Positions 1 through 10,509 of a DNA stretch of 64,000 nucleotides are shown here, piece by piece (within the stretch, counting starts at the first letter, position 1; every line of letters begins with the position of its first letter). The translations under genes and the position numbers were made by a program. The notes under the pieces were generated by a model. It was not told where the DNA came from. It made no database searches and saw only the letters and a list, made by a program, of their open reading frames with translations. Source of the DNA: Bacteroidales bacterium (GTDB lineage Bacteria; Bacteroidota; Bacteroidia; Bacteroidales; DTGW01); the NCBI GenBank assembly GCA_049968755.1, contig JBMFQE010000005.1, forward strand, positions 18,188-82,187, given 5' to 3'.

Positions 1-2
1 AT

Positions 3-236
3 ACCTATACCCCTAATACCCATGGCGTGGCACCAATCGACCGTCAGGTGGTGAACGATTATGTCAATCGTGGAAAGCGTAATCCACATAATATTTTTGG
101 CTATTTAAGGGCTAAGGAATTTTCACAGTTGCTCGATGCTTTTATCAGCCAACCCTTAGTAAGCGCGTCCAGACAGAACAGATGGCAGAGTATAATTAAA
201 GCCATCAATCCGTTTGCCAAGAGTAATGACAGGTAG
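3..236 (+). CDS. 3' end of a CDS that begins upstream of the window; product unknown
   Basis: Frame 3 is open from the first bases of the window to TAG at 234-236 (77 visible residues). The ORF-track GTG at 27 is probably internal. No motif recognised. Confidence 0.35.
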   Translation, partial: TYTPNTHGVAPIDRQVVNDYVNRGKRNPHNIFGYLRAKEFSQLLDAFISQPLVSASRQNRWQSIIKAINPFAKSNDR

Positions 237-265
237 TGTAATGGGGTACTAATTCCGACTTAGAT

Positions 266-1570
266 TTATTTTTGGCGGACAAAAATCTGAATGGGTACTC
301 CGGCAAAATTATAATGCTCCCTAAGCTTGTTTTCGAGATATCGTTTGTAGGGTTCCTTGATGTATTGGGGCAGGTTGGCAAAAAATACGAACGAAGGGTA
401 AGGCGTAGGCAGCTGGGTTACGTATTTTATTTTGATGAGTTTGCCCTTAACGGCTGGTGGAGGAAAATTTTCAATGGCCCCGAGCATCACCTCGTTGAGT
501 TGTGAGGTAGGTATCCTACGGCGCCTATTTTCGTATACCTCGAGGGCTGTTTCCAGTGCTTTGTGAATACGTTGTTTGGTAAGTGCCGAGGTAAAAAGAA
601 TAGGTACATCGCTAAAAGGCGCGATGCGTTGCTGGATTATCTTTTTATATTCTTCGGTAGTGTGCGAATTTTTTTCAACCAGATCCCATTTATTGACCAG
701 AATGACAATGCCTTTTTTGTTTTGCTGGCAAAGCCTAAAGATATTGATATCTTGTGCTTCAATACCAACGGTAGCATCAATAAGCAACAGACAAACGTCG
801 GATTTTTCAATAGCCCGGATGGAGCGCATAACTGAATAAAATTCGATATTGTCCTTTATTTTGCTTTTCTTTCGCAAGCCGGCAGTATCGACCAGATAAA
901 AATCGTGATTGTATTTATTGTAACGGGTAAAAATGGAGTCGCGGGTGGTTCCGGCGATAGGGGTAACAATATTTCTTTCTTCACCCAGCAAAGCATTTAC
1001 CAGGGACGATTTACCCACATTGGGTCTACCTACGATGGTAATTTTGGGCAAATCTTCGGGCTCGTCTACATGGTTTGCAGGCAGGGCGGCCACAATTTTG
1101 TCGAGCAGATCACCTGTACCACTGCCCGAAATAGAAGATATGGGCATTACTTCATCGAATCCCATTTGCAAAAATTCATACGATTGATGAACCAGTTCAA
1201 TGTTATCGGCTTTGTTGGCTACGAGTATGGTTTTCTTTTTTGCGCGTCGCAACAGGTCGGCAACTGCCTTATCCAGATCGGTAAGACCAGTCATTACATC
1301 GACCATAAACAGAATAAGGTCAGCAGCATCGATGGCCAGTTCGACCTGGCGATTGATTTCCTTTTCAAAAATATCGTCCGAGTCAGTTACATAACCTCCG
1401 GTATCGATAACAGAAAATTCTATACCATTCCATTCAGCCTTACCATAGTGGCGGTCGCGAGTAGTACCGCTGGTTTCGTCGACTATTGCTTCCCTTGACC
1501 CAACAAGTCTGTTAAAAAGCGTTGATTTACCCACATTGGGCCGGCCCACAATAGCTACAATATTGCTCAT
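266..1570 (-). CDS. der: ribosome-associated GTPase Der/EngA (tandem GTPase domains)
   Basis: Two P-loops (GRPNVGKST at the N-terminus and GRPNVGKSS near residue 180), two DTAG/DTGG motifs, NKxD boxes and a KH-like C-terminus. Length 434 aa is typical. Confidence 0.95.
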   Translation of the reverse strand: MSNIVAIVGRPNVGKSTLFNRLVGSREAIVDETSGTTRDRHYGKAEWNGIEFSVIDTGGYVTDSDDIFEKEINRQVELAIDAADLILFMVDVMTGLTDLDKAVADLLRRAKKKTILVANKADNIELVHQSYEFLQMGFDEVMPISSISGSGTGDLLDKIVAALPANHVDEPEDLPKITIVGRPNVGKSSLVNALLGEERNIVTPIAGTTRDSIFTRYNKYNHDFYLVDTAGLRKKSKIKDNIEFYSVMRSIRAIEKSDVCLLLIDATVGIEAQDINIFRLCQQNKKGIVILVNKWDLVEKNSHTTEEYKKIIQQRIAPFSDVPILFTSALTKQRIHKALETALEVYENRRRRIPTSQLNEVMLGAIENFPPPAVKGKLIKIKYVTQLPTPYPSFVFFANLPQYIKEPYKRYLENKLREHYNFAGVPIQIFVRQK

Positions 1571-1590
1571 GTGTATAATATTTTGGAACG

Positions 1591-1598
1591 CAAAGTTA
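1591..1598 (-). promoter_or_regulatory. candidate Bacteroidota -7 promoter box (TAACTTTG) for der
   Basis: The reverse complement of CAAAGTTA matches TAnnTTTG. It lies 20 nt upstream of the der ATG. Confidence 0.45.
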
Positions 1599-1718
1599 AC
1601 AAATTGATACTAAATAAATGCTGATTATCCCAGTTGACGTAAATTAGTTTACGCCTGATGTTTAGTACAATGTATCATTTTTTTAGTCAAATATGCTTAA
1701 TAAATCGTTGGCAGGGTG

Positions 1719-1726
1719 TATCTTTG
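1719..1726 (+). promoter_or_regulatory. candidate -7 promoter box (TATCTTTG) for dxr
   Basis: Matches TAnnTTTG, 19 nt upstream of the ATG at 1745. This supports the shorter dxr start. Confidence 0.45.
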
Positions 1727-1744
1727 CAAACACTGATTTTAAAG

Positions 1745-2899
1745 ATGGGTACAAAGAAACATATTGCTATTTTAGGATCAACGGGTTCGATAGGCACACA
1801 GGCGCTGGAAGTAATATCCAGTCATCCCGATTTATTTGAGGTAGAAACCCTAACGGCATACAATAATGCTGATTTGCTGATACAGCAGGCCTATAGATTT
1901 GTTCCCAATCAGGTAGTCATTGTCAATGAGCAGCGGTATGAGTATGTAAAGGAGGCGCTGGCTCATTATCCCATCAAAGTGTTTACGGGGGTAAAGTCGT
2001 TGCTCGAGGTAGTGAGCATGCCATCCGTTGATGTGGTACTGGCGGCAATGGTGGGTTATGCTGGGCTGGCTCCAACAGTTGCGGCTATCCGCTCGGGCAA
2101 GACCATTGCGCTGGCCAATAAGGAAACGCTTGTGGTAGCGGGCGATCTTATTACCCGTCTGGCACAGGAACATAGGGTAAGCATTTATCCTGTCGATTCC
2201 GAACATTCGGCCATATTTCAGTGTTTAGCAGGTGAAATGCATAATCCGGTAGAAAAAATCATACTTACTGCTTCGGGTGGGCCATTTCGTGGATGGACAC
2301 GGGAAAAACTCAAAAAGGTAACCCCGGGAGAAGCTCTCAAACATCCCAATTGGTGTATGGGTAATAAAATAACCATCGACTCGGCCACGCTGATGAACAA
2401 GGGTTTCGAAGCTATTGAAGCTAAGTGGCTTTTTGGACTAGAACCTTCGCAAATAGAGGTACTGATACATCCCCAGTCGATCATTCATTCCATGGTGCAG
2501 TTTGCCGATGGGAGTATTAAGGCTCAGCTGGGTGTACCCGACATGCGGTTGCCCATCCAGTATGCATTGACCTATCCCTATCGCATAAAGTCGGATTTTC
2601 CACGGCTCAACTTTGCCGAATGTACCCAGTTAACTTTCGAGAAGCCCGATACCCGTGTATTCAGGAATCTTGCTCTGGCATACGAGGCCATGCAAAAAGG
2701 TGGCAATGTTCCCTGTGTCCTGAATGCTGCCAACGAAGTGGTTGTTCATGCCTTTTTGTGCGAGCAAATTGGCTTTCTTGAAATGTCCGAAATCATCGAA
2801 AAAACGCTTACAAAAATATCCTATAGTACGTGTAACAGCATCGAGGATTATGAAGAAACCGATCGTTGGGCGCGTGCCTACGCGAGTAGTCTAATTTAA
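1745..2899 (+). CDS. dxr: 1-deoxy-D-xylulose-5-phosphate reductoisomerase
   Basis: The N-terminus KHIAILGSTGSIGTQ is the NADPH-binding motif. Also present are DSEHSA, NKGxE and the LMNKG region. The ORF-track start at 1658 adds 29 non-homologous residues and overlaps the promoter box. Confidence 0.95.
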   Translation: MGTKKHIAILGSTGSIGTQALEVISSHPDLFEVETLTAYNNADLLIQQAYRFVPNQVVIVNEQRYEYVKEALAHYPIKVFTGVKSLLEVVSMPSVDVVLAAMVGYAGLAPTVAAIRSGKTIALANKETLVVAGDLITRLAQEHRVSIYPVDSEHSAIFQCLAGEMHNPVEKIILTASGGPFRGWTREKLKKVTPGEALKHPNWCMGNKITIDSATLMNKGFEAIEAKWLFGLEPSQIEVLIHPQSIIHSMVQFADGSIKAQLGVPDMRLPIQYALTYPYRIKSDFPRLNFAECTQLTFEKPDTRVFRNLALAYEAMQKGGNVPCVLNAANEVVVHAFLCEQIGFLEMSEIIEKTLTKISYSTCNSIEDYEETDRWARAYASSLI

Positions 2900-2911
2900 T
2901 TTTTATCAAAT

Positions 2912-4234
2912 ATGGAAGTACTAATTAAAATTGGTCAATTTCTGCTTTCGCTGTCAATTCTGATTATTTTGCACGAATTTGGACATTTCTTTTTTGCCAA
3001 AATATTTAAAACACGGGTCGAAAAGTTTTACCTATTTTTTAATCCCTGGTTTTCGCTGTTTAAGTTTAAAAAAGGCGAAACCGAGTATGGCATAGGTTGG
3101 TTACCCCTGGGAGGATATGTTAAAATTTCGGGGATGATAGATGAAAGCATGGATAAGGAACAGCTAAAACAGCCTCCCCAACCGTATGAATTTCGTTCTA
3201 AACCCTCGTGGCAACGCTTGTTAATTATGCTGGGTGGGGTACTGGTGAATTTCGTCCTTGCCCTAATCATCTACATAGGTGTGCTTTATGCCTGGGGCGA
3301 AGAATATCTTCCTACGCAGGAGGTAAAATATGGCATTGCGGTCGATTCGCTTGGTTATCAGGTGGGGTTCCGTTCGGGCGATAAAATAGTTTCCGTCGAT
3401 CATAAACCGGTCGAAAACTTCTTTAAGATTATTCCTACCATTGTTCTTGAGGAGGCTCAATCGGTTCAGGTATTACGCGATTCGCAGCTGGTGAATATTT
3501 ATTTGCCTAAAAATATTGTTCATTCCCTTATTCGTAAGCAGGAGCTGTTTACGGTACGAATCCCTTTTATTGTAGGTAAATTTACCAAAGAGTCGGTAGC
3601 TCTGCAGGCAGGTTTTCAGGTTGGCGACCGTATGCTTAAAATCAATGGACAGGAAGCCGTATTCTTCGATCAGTTCCGCAGTATCCTTGCTCAACACAAG
3701 AACGATACCATTACGGTTACGGTCGATCGTAATGGAAAGCAGGTAAATATTGTAGTAAAAGTGCCTGAGTCGGGTTTATTGGGTATATATCCCGATGGCG
3801 ATTTAACTAAGTTTTTCACCTTCCGACATGTGGATTATGGATTGCTTGAATCGATTCCAGCCGGAATAGCCAAAGGATTCAATACGTTGGGCAGTTATAT
3901 TAAGCAGTTTAAGCTGGTGTTTTCGCCTACTGCCAAGGGTTATGAGTCGCTGGGTGGCTTCATTACCATGGGCAGCATATTTCCAGGTACCTGGGATTGG
4001 CAGGCATTTTGGTCGCTTACCGCTTTCCTTTCAATCATTCTGGCCTTTATGAACATTCTTCCCATTCCAGCACTCGATGGGGGACACATTATGTTTTTGC
4101 TGTACGAGATGATTACCGGACGAAAACCCAGTGATAAATTTCTGGAAAGAGCACAAATGGTTGGTCTGGTTATTTTATTTGGCTTGCTTATTTATGCTAA
4201 CCTGAATGATATATTTCGGCTATTTTCACGATAG
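2912..4234 (+). CDS. rseP: RIP site-2 zinc metalloprotease RseP
   Basis: HEFGH in the first TM helix, central PDZ-like segments, and the C-terminal NILPIPALDGGH motif. Confidence 0.92.
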   Translation: MEVLIKIGQFLLSLSILIILHEFGHFFFAKIFKTRVEKFYLFFNPWFSLFKFKKGETEYGIGWLPLGGYVKISGMIDESMDKEQLKQPPQPYEFRSKPSWQRLLIMLGGVLVNFVLALIIYIGVLYAWGEEYLPTQEVKYGIAVDSLGYQVGFRSGDKIVSVDHKPVENFFKIIPTIVLEEAQSVQVLRDSQLVNIYLPKNIVHSLIRKQELFTVRIPFIVGKFTKESVALQAGFQVGDRMLKINGQEAVFFDQFRSILAQHKNDTITVTVDRNGKQVNIVVKVPESGLLGIYPDGDLTKFFTFRHVDYGLLESIPAGIAKGFNTLGSYIKQFKLVFSPTAKGYESLGGFITMGSIFPGTWDWQAFWSLTAFLSIILAFMNILPIPALDGGHIMFLLYEMITGRKPSDKFLERAQMVGLVILFGLLIYANLNDIFRLFSR

Positions 4235-4278
4235 TTTAAGATTTTGAAAATTTAACTTTTTCCAATATCATAAATATG

Positions 4279-4286
4279 TACCTTTG
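4279..4286 (+). promoter_or_regulatory. candidate -7 promoter box (TACCTTTG) for tatA
   Basis: Matches TAnnTTTG, 24 nt upstream of the ATG at 4310. Confidence 0.4.
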
Positions 4287-4309
4287 TTGAACACATTAAA
4301 TTTTAGGTG

Positions 4310-4522
4310 ATGATGTACCTGTTTGTAATGTTAGGGTCAATCGGTGTCACAGAGATTATTCTCATTATTCTTGCCTTGTTGTTGCTTTTTGGAGGTCGGA
4401 AGATACCTGAACTGATGCGTGGATTGGGACAGGGCCTGCACGAGTTTAAAAAAGCCAGCCAGGGAGACAATGATTCTGCTAAAAAAGAGGCTAACGATAC
4501 CCCTAAGGAATTAAAAAATTAA
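4310..4522 (+). CDS. tatA: twin-arginine translocase TatA/E family protein
   Basis: One N-terminal TM helix followed by [23 protein letters not shown], the TatA hinge/amphipathic helix signature. The start could be GTG 4307, ATG 4310 or ATG 4313. Confidence 0.85.
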   Translation: MMYLFVMLGSIGVTEIILIILALLLLFGGRKIPELMRGLGQGLHEFKKASQGDNDSAKKEANDTPKELKN

Positions 4523-4547
4523 TTTCTAACCGGAAAAAGCAACAAAC

Positions 4548-5888
4548 ATGCTTTGTCGAAGACGTTGCTTGTCGTCCTGCAAAAGGTTGGCAATGTTGTG
4601 TATGTTACTTTTTTCGATTCTTTTGCATGCCCAATCGGATGGTAGCCTACAACCAGTAGCTCATCCGAAGAAGTTTCCTGCGCTGTACTATGAATATCGT
4701 ATCGAGGAACTAAGTAAAACTACCCCCATTCGGCTCGACTATAATGCCGATGTGCAGAAGTATATAGATTTATACCTTGATACCCGGGCCGATCGGTTGT
4801 CGCGTTATCTTGCATTGAAAGATTTTTATTTTCCAGTTTTCGAAGCTGCACTCGATCGTTACGATTTACCGTTGGAGCTAAAATATTTGCCGGTTGTTGA
4901 GTCGGGGCTCGACCCTCTGGCTCGTTCCCCTTCTGGTGCTATGGGACTCTGGCAATTGTTGTATCCTTCGGCCAAATTTTTGGGTTTGAATATTACCTCG
5001 TACAAAGACGAACGTTGCGACCTTTATCTTTCGACCGATGCTGCATGTAGGTATTTAAAATATTTGTATTCGCTATTTAATGACTGGCAGTTAACGCTGG
5101 CTGCCTATAATGGAGGACCCGGTGAGGTACGTAATGCTATTGCACGCTCGGGCGGTAAAACTAATTTTTGGGAACTCCAGCCTTACCTGTCGGAACAAAC
5201 TCGCTGGTACGTGCCAGCTTTTATCGCTATTGTTTATCTGATGAATAATGCTGAGGCACATGGCATTCGCCCTGCTACTATATCATGGCCTTCGATCGAT
5301 ACGCTTAAAATTTCTCATGCTGCCGAATTTGCCCGAATTGCCGAGAAAATTAACATTCCCATCCAGCAGCTGCGAGAACTTAATCCTGCCTATCGAAAAG
5401 ATTTTATCCCTGCTTCCGATACGCCCCAGATTCTTGTTTTGCCTTCCAACAAAATTTTGCCCTTCCTTAAATATGAGTATCAAATTTATGCCCTTTCCGA
5501 TACATCCGAATATTTTAAGCACGTGCAGTCGAATGTCGATACTGCGGGCAAGGTAATGGTGCTATATACCGTAAAAACGGGCGATTTTTTGCACAAAATT
5601 GCCCTGGAGAAGGGTTGCTCGCCCGAAAGCATTAAAGCATGGAATAACTTATCTGCCGATCAGCTTAAAGTCGGACAGATATTAAAATTGTGGTTGCCTA
5701 AAACATCCGCTGTTGCTCCCCGCGAGAATTTCTTTTATTACACGGTTAAGAAAGGCGATACGCTGTATTCTATTGCCGAAAAATTTCGTTGCGATTCTAT
5801 CAACGACATCAAACTTGTGAATAATATTGCGGATGAAAAAATTAGGGTCGGGCAGGTATTAAAAATTCGGGTGGCTGTAGCTGAATGA
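4548..5888 (+). CDS. membrane-bound lytic murein transglycosylase (MltD-like) with two C-terminal LysM domains
   Basis: SLT core (VVESGLDP...AMGLWQL...AAYNGGPG) and two LysM repeats (YTVKTGDFLHKIA..., YTVKKGDTLYSIA...). The start may be 4593, which gives a signal peptide MLCMLLFSILLHAQS. Confidence 0.85.
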   Translation: MLCRRRCLSSCKRLAMLCMLLFSILLHAQSDGSLQPVAHPKKFPALYYEYRIEELSKTTPIRLDYNADVQKYIDLYLDTRADRLSRYLALKDFYFPVFEAALDRYDLPLELKYLPVVESGLDPLARSPSGAMGLWQLLYPSAKFLGLNITSYKDERCDLYLSTDAACRYLKYLYSLFNDWQLTLAAYNGGPGEVRNAIARSGGKTNFWELQPYLSEQTRWYVPAFIAIVYLMNNAEAHGIRPATISWPSIDTLKISHAAEFARIAEKINIPIQQLRELNPAYRKDFIPASDTPQILVLPSNKILPFLKYEYQIYALSDTSEYFKHVQSNVDTAGKVMVLYTVKTGDFLHKIALEKGCSPESIKAWNNLSADQLKVGQILKLWLPKTSAVAPRENFFYYTVKKGDTLYSIAEKFRCDSINDIKLVNNIADEKIRVGQVLKIRVAVAE

Positions 5889-5894
5889 TTTGCA

Positions 5895-6407
5895 TTAACG
5901 CAGTTCTCTAATAACCTTATCAACAAGATCCGACTCAAACCCTCGTTGGAAGCCAAATTGAAAAAGTTTCATATAGCGGGTATAGGGATCCAGGTTGGTA
6001 GGTAGTGTTTTGAGTTTTTTAACGAGTTCCTCGGTTAATTTTTGCACGTAAACATCCTCATCCAGTTCGTTTAGGGTTTCATCAATTAACGTTTCGCCAA
6101 TCCCTTTTTTTAAAAGACTATACTTGATTTTAAGTTTTCCCCACCCATCGAATCGGAGCTTATCGCTGGCAAAGGCTTTGGCAAATCTCTTCTCATCGAT
6201 ATACCCTTCATTCTCAAGGTATTGAACAATGGAGGCTTTTTCTTCTGCCGACAGGGGAAGTGAACTTAGTTTTTTCATCACATCACTTTTGCACCGCTCC
6301 ATTTTACTGCAATATCTAGCTATGCTGAGTCGAATGTCATCCAGCGAAAGTTCGGGTTGAGCAGTTTTTTTAGCCATGTTGCAATGGGTTATTTGGGGTA
6401 AATTCAA
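5895..6407 (-). CDS. recX: recombination regulator RecX
   Basis: A ~160-aa three-repeat helical protein with RecX-like segments (YCSKMERCKSDV, EGYIDEKRFAKAF). The alternative start at 6377 cannot be excluded. Confidence 0.75.
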   Translation of the reverse strand: MNLPQITHCNMAKKTAQPELSLDDIRLSIARYCSKMERCKSDVMKKLSSLPLSAEEKASIVQYLENEGYIDEKRFAKAFASDKLRFDGWGKLKIKYSLLKKGIGETLIDETLNELDEDVYVQKLTEELVKKLKTLPTNLDPYTRYMKLFQFGFQRGFESDLVDKVIRELR

Positions 6408-6688
6408 GATATCTTATTGTCGTTGTTGGTTTTGTTATCTACCTGCAGATTCTCTATTTCCTTACGCATTTCGTCAATGGGAGTACTGGCTTTAAGTTCC
6501 TTTTTCAAATCTTCGACCTCATTGCTAATATCTGACGAATGTTGTAAAAGTTCCTGCTTTATTTCTTCGGAGGCTTTTCTTACCTCGTTCAGTCCTTTAC
6601 CCAGACTTCGGGCCAGCTCAGGTAGCTTGTCGGCCCCAAATAGGATAAGGATTACCAGCAGGATGAGTAAAATTTCCGATCCACCCAT
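6404..6688 (-). CDS. second TatA/TatB family translocase component
   Basis: N-terminal TM helix followed by FGADKLPELARSLGKGLNEVRKA, then an acidic tail. It is a paralogue of the 4310-4522 gene. Confidence 0.8.
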   Translation of the reverse strand: MGGSEILLILLVILILFGADKLPELARSLGKGLNEVRKASEEIKQELLQHSSDISNEVEDLKKELKASTPIDEMRKEIENLQVDNKTNNDNKIS

Positions 6689-6691
6689 AGC

Positions 6692-7573
6692 CTAAATTTT
6701 ATAGCCCCACTGATTTAATATTTTTTCGTTGTTTCGCCAATCTTTTTTAACCTTGACATAAAGTTCCAGATAAACCTGTTTGCCTACCAGCGCTTCTATA
6801 TCTTTACGGGCTTCGATGCCAATTTTTTTAAGCGCTTCACCGCCTTTGCCAATGATAATTCCCTTTTGGGTTTCACGTTCCACATAAATGGTAGCCGAGA
6901 TACGGTCGAGGTTCTCAGTTTCCTTGTATGACTCTATTAATACTTCAACAGCATAGGGTACCTCTTTTTGATAGTGAAGCAGAATTTTTTCGCGGATAAT
7001 TTCGGCAACGAAAAAACGTAGATTCCGATCCGACAGGCTTTCTTTCGGATAGTAAGGGGGATGTTGGGGAAGGAGTTCAAGTATTCGTTTCTTCAATGCT
7101 TCGACGTTAAAATTATATAACGCCGATAGGGGAAATACCTCGGCCATAGGCAAGCGACCCTTCCATATTTCTACCAGCTGGGTTACTGCAGCCTGATTCG
7201 ACAAATCTACCTTGTTGATCCCAACCAGCAATGGAATGTCAAGCTGCTGTATTTCTTCAAAAATCGGAGGTAAATCTTCTTCCTTTTCCTCAACATCGGT
7301 AAGGTACAATAGTATATCGGCATCGGTAAGGGCTTCTTTTACAAAATCCATCATTTTTTCGTGTAGCTTGTATTTGGGCCTGATAATACCCGGGGTATCG
7401 GAAAATACGATTTGATAATCTTCACCATTATCAATGCCTATAATGCGGTGTCGTGTGGTTTGTGCCTTGGGGGTAATAATGGAAATTTTTTCCCCCAGCA
7501 TGGCATTCATTAGGGTTGATTTTCCAACATTGGGTCGACCCAGTATGTTAACGTAACCTGCCTTGTGTTCCAT
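6692..7573 (-). CDS. era: GTPase Era
   Basis: [10 protein letters not shown]-loop, DTPG, NKVD, and a C-terminal KH domain (IIIGKGGEALKKIG). Confidence 0.95.
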   Translation of the reverse strand: MEHKAGYVNILGRPNVGKSTLMNAMLGEKISIITPKAQTTRHRIIGIDNGEDYQIVFSDTPGIIRPKYKLHEKMMDFVKEALTDADILLYLTDVEEKEEDLPPIFEEIQQLDIPLLVGINKVDLSNQAAVTQLVEIWKGRLPMAEVFPLSALYNFNVEALKKRILELLPQHPPYYPKESLSDRNLRFFVAEIIREKILLHYQKEVPYAVEVLIESYKETENLDRISATIYVERETQKGIIIGKGGEALKKIGIEARKDIEALVGKQVYLELYVKVKKDWRNNEKILNQWGYKI

Positions 7574-7588
7574 AATTCAATTCATTGG

Positions 7589-8659
7589 TCAAAGGTAATC
7601 AATGTTTGCGATTGGTGCCCACTCTTCGTTGAAATAAAATAACAGGGTTGAATTGCTCAGCCGGCTGTTAAATTTTGGCTGGGCAGGCAAGCGGGGTGCC
7701 CTTATGCCATTTTCAAAAGTTATGTCACCCCTGAAGACACGGGCTTCATCCCATAGATTACGCTCAATAAAGCTCGATAGTACCTGACTTCCACCTTCGA
7801 TAATTACCGACTGTAGGCCGGCATGGTAGCAATATTCCATGATTTCTGCCGGCATGTCGTCGAAGGGGATGGGTACATAGCTGAGGTGGGGGCTGTTTTC
7901 GTCGGGCTTTCGAGTAAAAATTACCGTTGGAGCCTGCTGATTAAATATATGAAGCTGTCCGGTTAAACGCCGATTACGATCGAGTATCAGTCGAACAGGA
8001 TTTTTTCCGTAATAGTACCGCGCTGTAAGTTGTGGATTGTCCATTAACACAGTATTGGTTCCTACTAGTATGGCCTGTTCCTGTGTACGCCACTTGTGTA
8101 CCAGTATGCGCGCAAAGGTGTCGGTAATCCATTGCGGACGCTCAAGGACACTTCTTATTCTATCGATATATCCGTCGAACGATTCGGCCCACTTCAGTAT
8201 GATGTAAGGACGTTTTTTTTCGTGAAAGGTAAAAAAACGACGATTGATAAAACGGCTTTCGGCTTTGCGCAGGCCAACCGATACTTCTACATTCGCCTGC
8301 TGAAGCATTTTTATCCCTTTGCCTGCAACCGCCGGGAAGGGATCAATTTCGCCAATAACCACTTTTTTAATCTGTTTATCAATAATCATACGGCTACACG
8401 GCGGCGTTTTTCCATAATGACTGCAGGGCTCGAGATTTACCAGCAATGTAGCTTTTTTCAGCATCTCTTCATCTCTTACCTGATTCACTGCCTGCACCTC
8501 GGCATGGACACCACCATAATGACTGTGAAAACCTTCACCAATTATTTTACCCTCACTTATCAACATTGCCCCAACCAGTGGATTAGGTGCTACATGTCCC
8601 AGACCATTGTATGCCAGGTCAATACATCGTAAGTGATATTGCTCATCTTTTGTATCCAT
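7589..8659 (-). CDS. ribD: bifunctional riboflavin biosynthesis protein RibD (deaminase/reductase)
   Basis: Cytidine-deaminase zinc motif HAEV...PCSHYGKTPPC, followed by the RibD C-terminal reductase domain. The start was moved to the ATG at 8659 (MDTKDEQYHLRCIDLA). The ORF-track start at 8734 adds 25 aa. Confidence 0.9.
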   Translation of the reverse strand: MDTKDEQYHLRCIDLAYNGLGHVAPNPLVGAMLISEGKIIGEGFHSHYGGVHAEVQAVNQVRDEEMLKKATLLVNLEPCSHYGKTPPCSRMIIDKQIKKVVIGEIDPFPAVAGKGIKMLQQANVEVSVGLRKAESRFINRRFFTFHEKKRPYIILKWAESFDGYIDRIRSVLERPQWITDTFARILVHKWRTQEQAILVGTNTVLMDNPQLTARYYYGKNPVRLILDRNRRLTGQLHIFNQQAPTVIFTRKPDENSPHLSYVPIPFDDMPAEIMEYCYHAGLQSVIIEGGSQVLSSFIERNLWDEARVFRGDITFENGIRAPRLPAQPKFNSRLSNSTLLFYFNEEWAPIANIDYL

Positions 8660-8997
8660 AACGTACAGCTTTTCGTTTAATGCAAAAACAAATTTAGCCC
8701 AAGAATGACGAATAAAATGCATTTCTTTGTTCAAATTATTAGCGGCATTTTCCCAACAGATTATTCTTATTACAAATCAATTGGTATAAAAGAAAAGGTA
8801 GTATGGCAAGTCCGTATTAATTGGGATGTTTTATCGTAAGCTAATCGTAACGTTATTGTTTTTAGCACATAAGGTTTTAATTGGCTGAAAAAACTATGAC
8901 GACACAATAGAAAGGAAATATTTAACGTAATGAATAACATTTTCTGCATGATTTATACAAGCTATGAAAAAAAACTATATATTGTGGGGGTAAAATT

Positions 8998-9930
8998 ATG
9001 GCCGTGGACACCAATGTGATAACTTTAGGGGAAGCGTTGCAGTATTTTCAGCAAGAAGTAGGGAGTTTATATCCTGAGCCGGAATTTCGTAGCATACGGC
9101 GCATCATGTTCGAGAAGTTGGCTCATGTCAATGCGGTGGATTTTCACCTCAAGCCACAACTTGAGATACCGAGGGAAACGTTCGAAAAAATTGTCGCTAC
9201 CACCGACAGACTTAAGAATTATGAGCCATTACAGTATATCCTTGGTAATGTTGATTTTATGGGATTGTCGTTGCGTATAACCCCTGCCGTTCTAATTCCC
9301 CGACCCGAAACCGAAGAACTGGTCGATTGGATTATTAAAACTCACAAGTTTAATGAAAATCGTATTCTTGATATTGGAACTGGTTCGGGTTGCATAGCCA
9401 TTGCGCTCGATAAGCTCATGATTCACTCGCAAACCGATGGAATCGATATCTCCGACGAAGCCCTTGAACTTGCTGAGGAAAATTCGTACATGAACGAAAG
9501 TATCGTCAACTTTTTTAATTACGATATTTTAGAGGGATTGTCGGGTAAAAATGCTCATTTGTTCAAAGAGTATTACGATATCATTGTGAGTAATCCTCCC
9601 TATGTGACTGAGAGCGAAAAAGCCATGATGCATCGTAATGTATTGGATTATGAACCACACATAGCCCTATTTGTCGAGGATGCTGATCCCTTGAAATTTT
9701 ACCGCGCTATTGCCGATTTTGCCCGCATTAAACTAGAGTGGGGCGGGTTTTTGTATTTTGAAATCAATCCCCGTTTTCATAAGGAGATTATGGAGATGCT
9801 ATCGTTAAAGGGTTTCAGAAATATTCAGTTGCGTAACGATATCAATGGTAAACCCCGAATGATTCGGGCACAAATCAAACTTTTCAAAAAAGGGGATAAT
9901 CCTGAGCTTGAAAAATTCAGGCAAATTTAA
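8998..9930 (+). CDS. prmC: peptide chain release factor N5-glutamine methyltransferase
   Basis: SAM-binding ILDIGTGSGCIA and catalytic NPPY (VSNPPYV). Confidence 0.9.
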   Translation: MAVDTNVITLGEALQYFQQEVGSLYPEPEFRSIRRIMFEKLAHVNAVDFHLKPQLEIPRETFEKIVATTDRLKNYEPLQYILGNVDFMGLSLRITPAVLIPRPETEELVDWIIKTHKFNENRILDIGTGSGCIAIALDKLMIHSQTDGIDISDEALELAEENSYMNESIVNFFNYDILEGLSGKNAHLFKEYYDIIVSNPPYVTESEKAMMHRNVLDYEPHIALFVEDADPLKFYRAIADFARIKLEWGGFLYFEINPRFHKEIMEMLSLKGFRNIQLRNDINGKPRMIRAQIKLFKKGDNPELEKFRQI

Positions 9931-9993
9931 TTTCACGTTGTTAATTTTAGCGATGGATGAATGACTGAGAAGAGATAAAACGATGTCAGTTGC

Positions 9994-10509
9994 TTATTGA
10001 GGTCTTTTTTTAATCACCATATTCAGGTTTCTATCGGTAGTGGCATTATCGCCAACGGCTCTATCAACGAGCAGTATGTTGATAATATTGTTGTTGCTGC
10101 TACGGGCTGAATCGAGGGTAAAACGGGTATTAAATCCGCATTCGGGCGAAATCATTTCGATTTTTCTTTGTGCAAACACATATAGGGTATCTACAGCTAT
10201 AGAGTCGAAGTAGAAGTAAAATACAGAGGTATCGCTTAGCTGCGAAAGGGGCAGTTGAAGCTGCTTAGCCGATGCCGAATCGTACAGCAATACGCCACTG
10301 GCGGTGGCAACACTTAAGTTACTCACTACAGTGTCGCTTAAGGTTCTTCTGGGGGTATATTGCATAAAATTAAGTTTTATGCTACGATTGGCAGTATACT
10401 TGCAGTCGGTGGTATCGGTGCAGCCTATCAGCATCCACGTTATAATCCCTGCCAGAATAGTATTACACCAATAATGCCTTTGTATCATATCGCTAATTTT
10501 AATATGCAC
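9994..10509 (-). CDS. hypothetical lipoprotein
   Basis: Lipobox-like WMLIGC near the N-terminus. No other motif recognised. It overlaps the upstream peptidase stop by 11 nt if the 10509 start is used. Confidence 0.6.
   Translation of the reverse strand: MHIKISDMIQRHYWCNTILAGIITWMLIGCTDTTDCKYTANRSIKLNFMQYTPRRTLSDTVVSNLSVATASGVLLYDSASAKQLQLPLSQLSDTSVFYFYFDSIAVDTLYVFAQRKIEMISPECGFNTRFTLDSARSSNNNIINILLVDRAVGDNATTDRNLNMVIKKRPQ

Noticed and set aside
905-1498. Long antisense ORFs inside well-recognised genes: 905-1498 in der, 8096-8632 in ribD, 30712-31287 in htrA, 32864-33412 and 34265-34981 in purL, 44986-45588 in the M3 peptidase, and 59451-60005 across gcvT/comB.
   Set aside because: Each lies entirely opposite a gene with unmistakable conserved motifs. 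Each has skewed composition (Phe/Ile/Lys/Gly or Ser/Arg rich) typical of antisense frames and no recognisable motif, promoter box or start context. They are treated as non-coding shadows.
8735-8997. Expected riboswitches in front of biosynthetic genes: FMN upstream of ribD (8660-8997), SAM upstream of metF (16328-16697), and a purine/ZTP-type element upstream of purL (31747-32131).
   Set aside because: I read these spacers on the relevant strand and did not find the conserved cores I know (e.g. the FMN AGGATAGTTCTCAGGGC-type segment, or the SAM-I GAGGGACTGGCCC core). Only a covariance-model search could exclude divergent versions.
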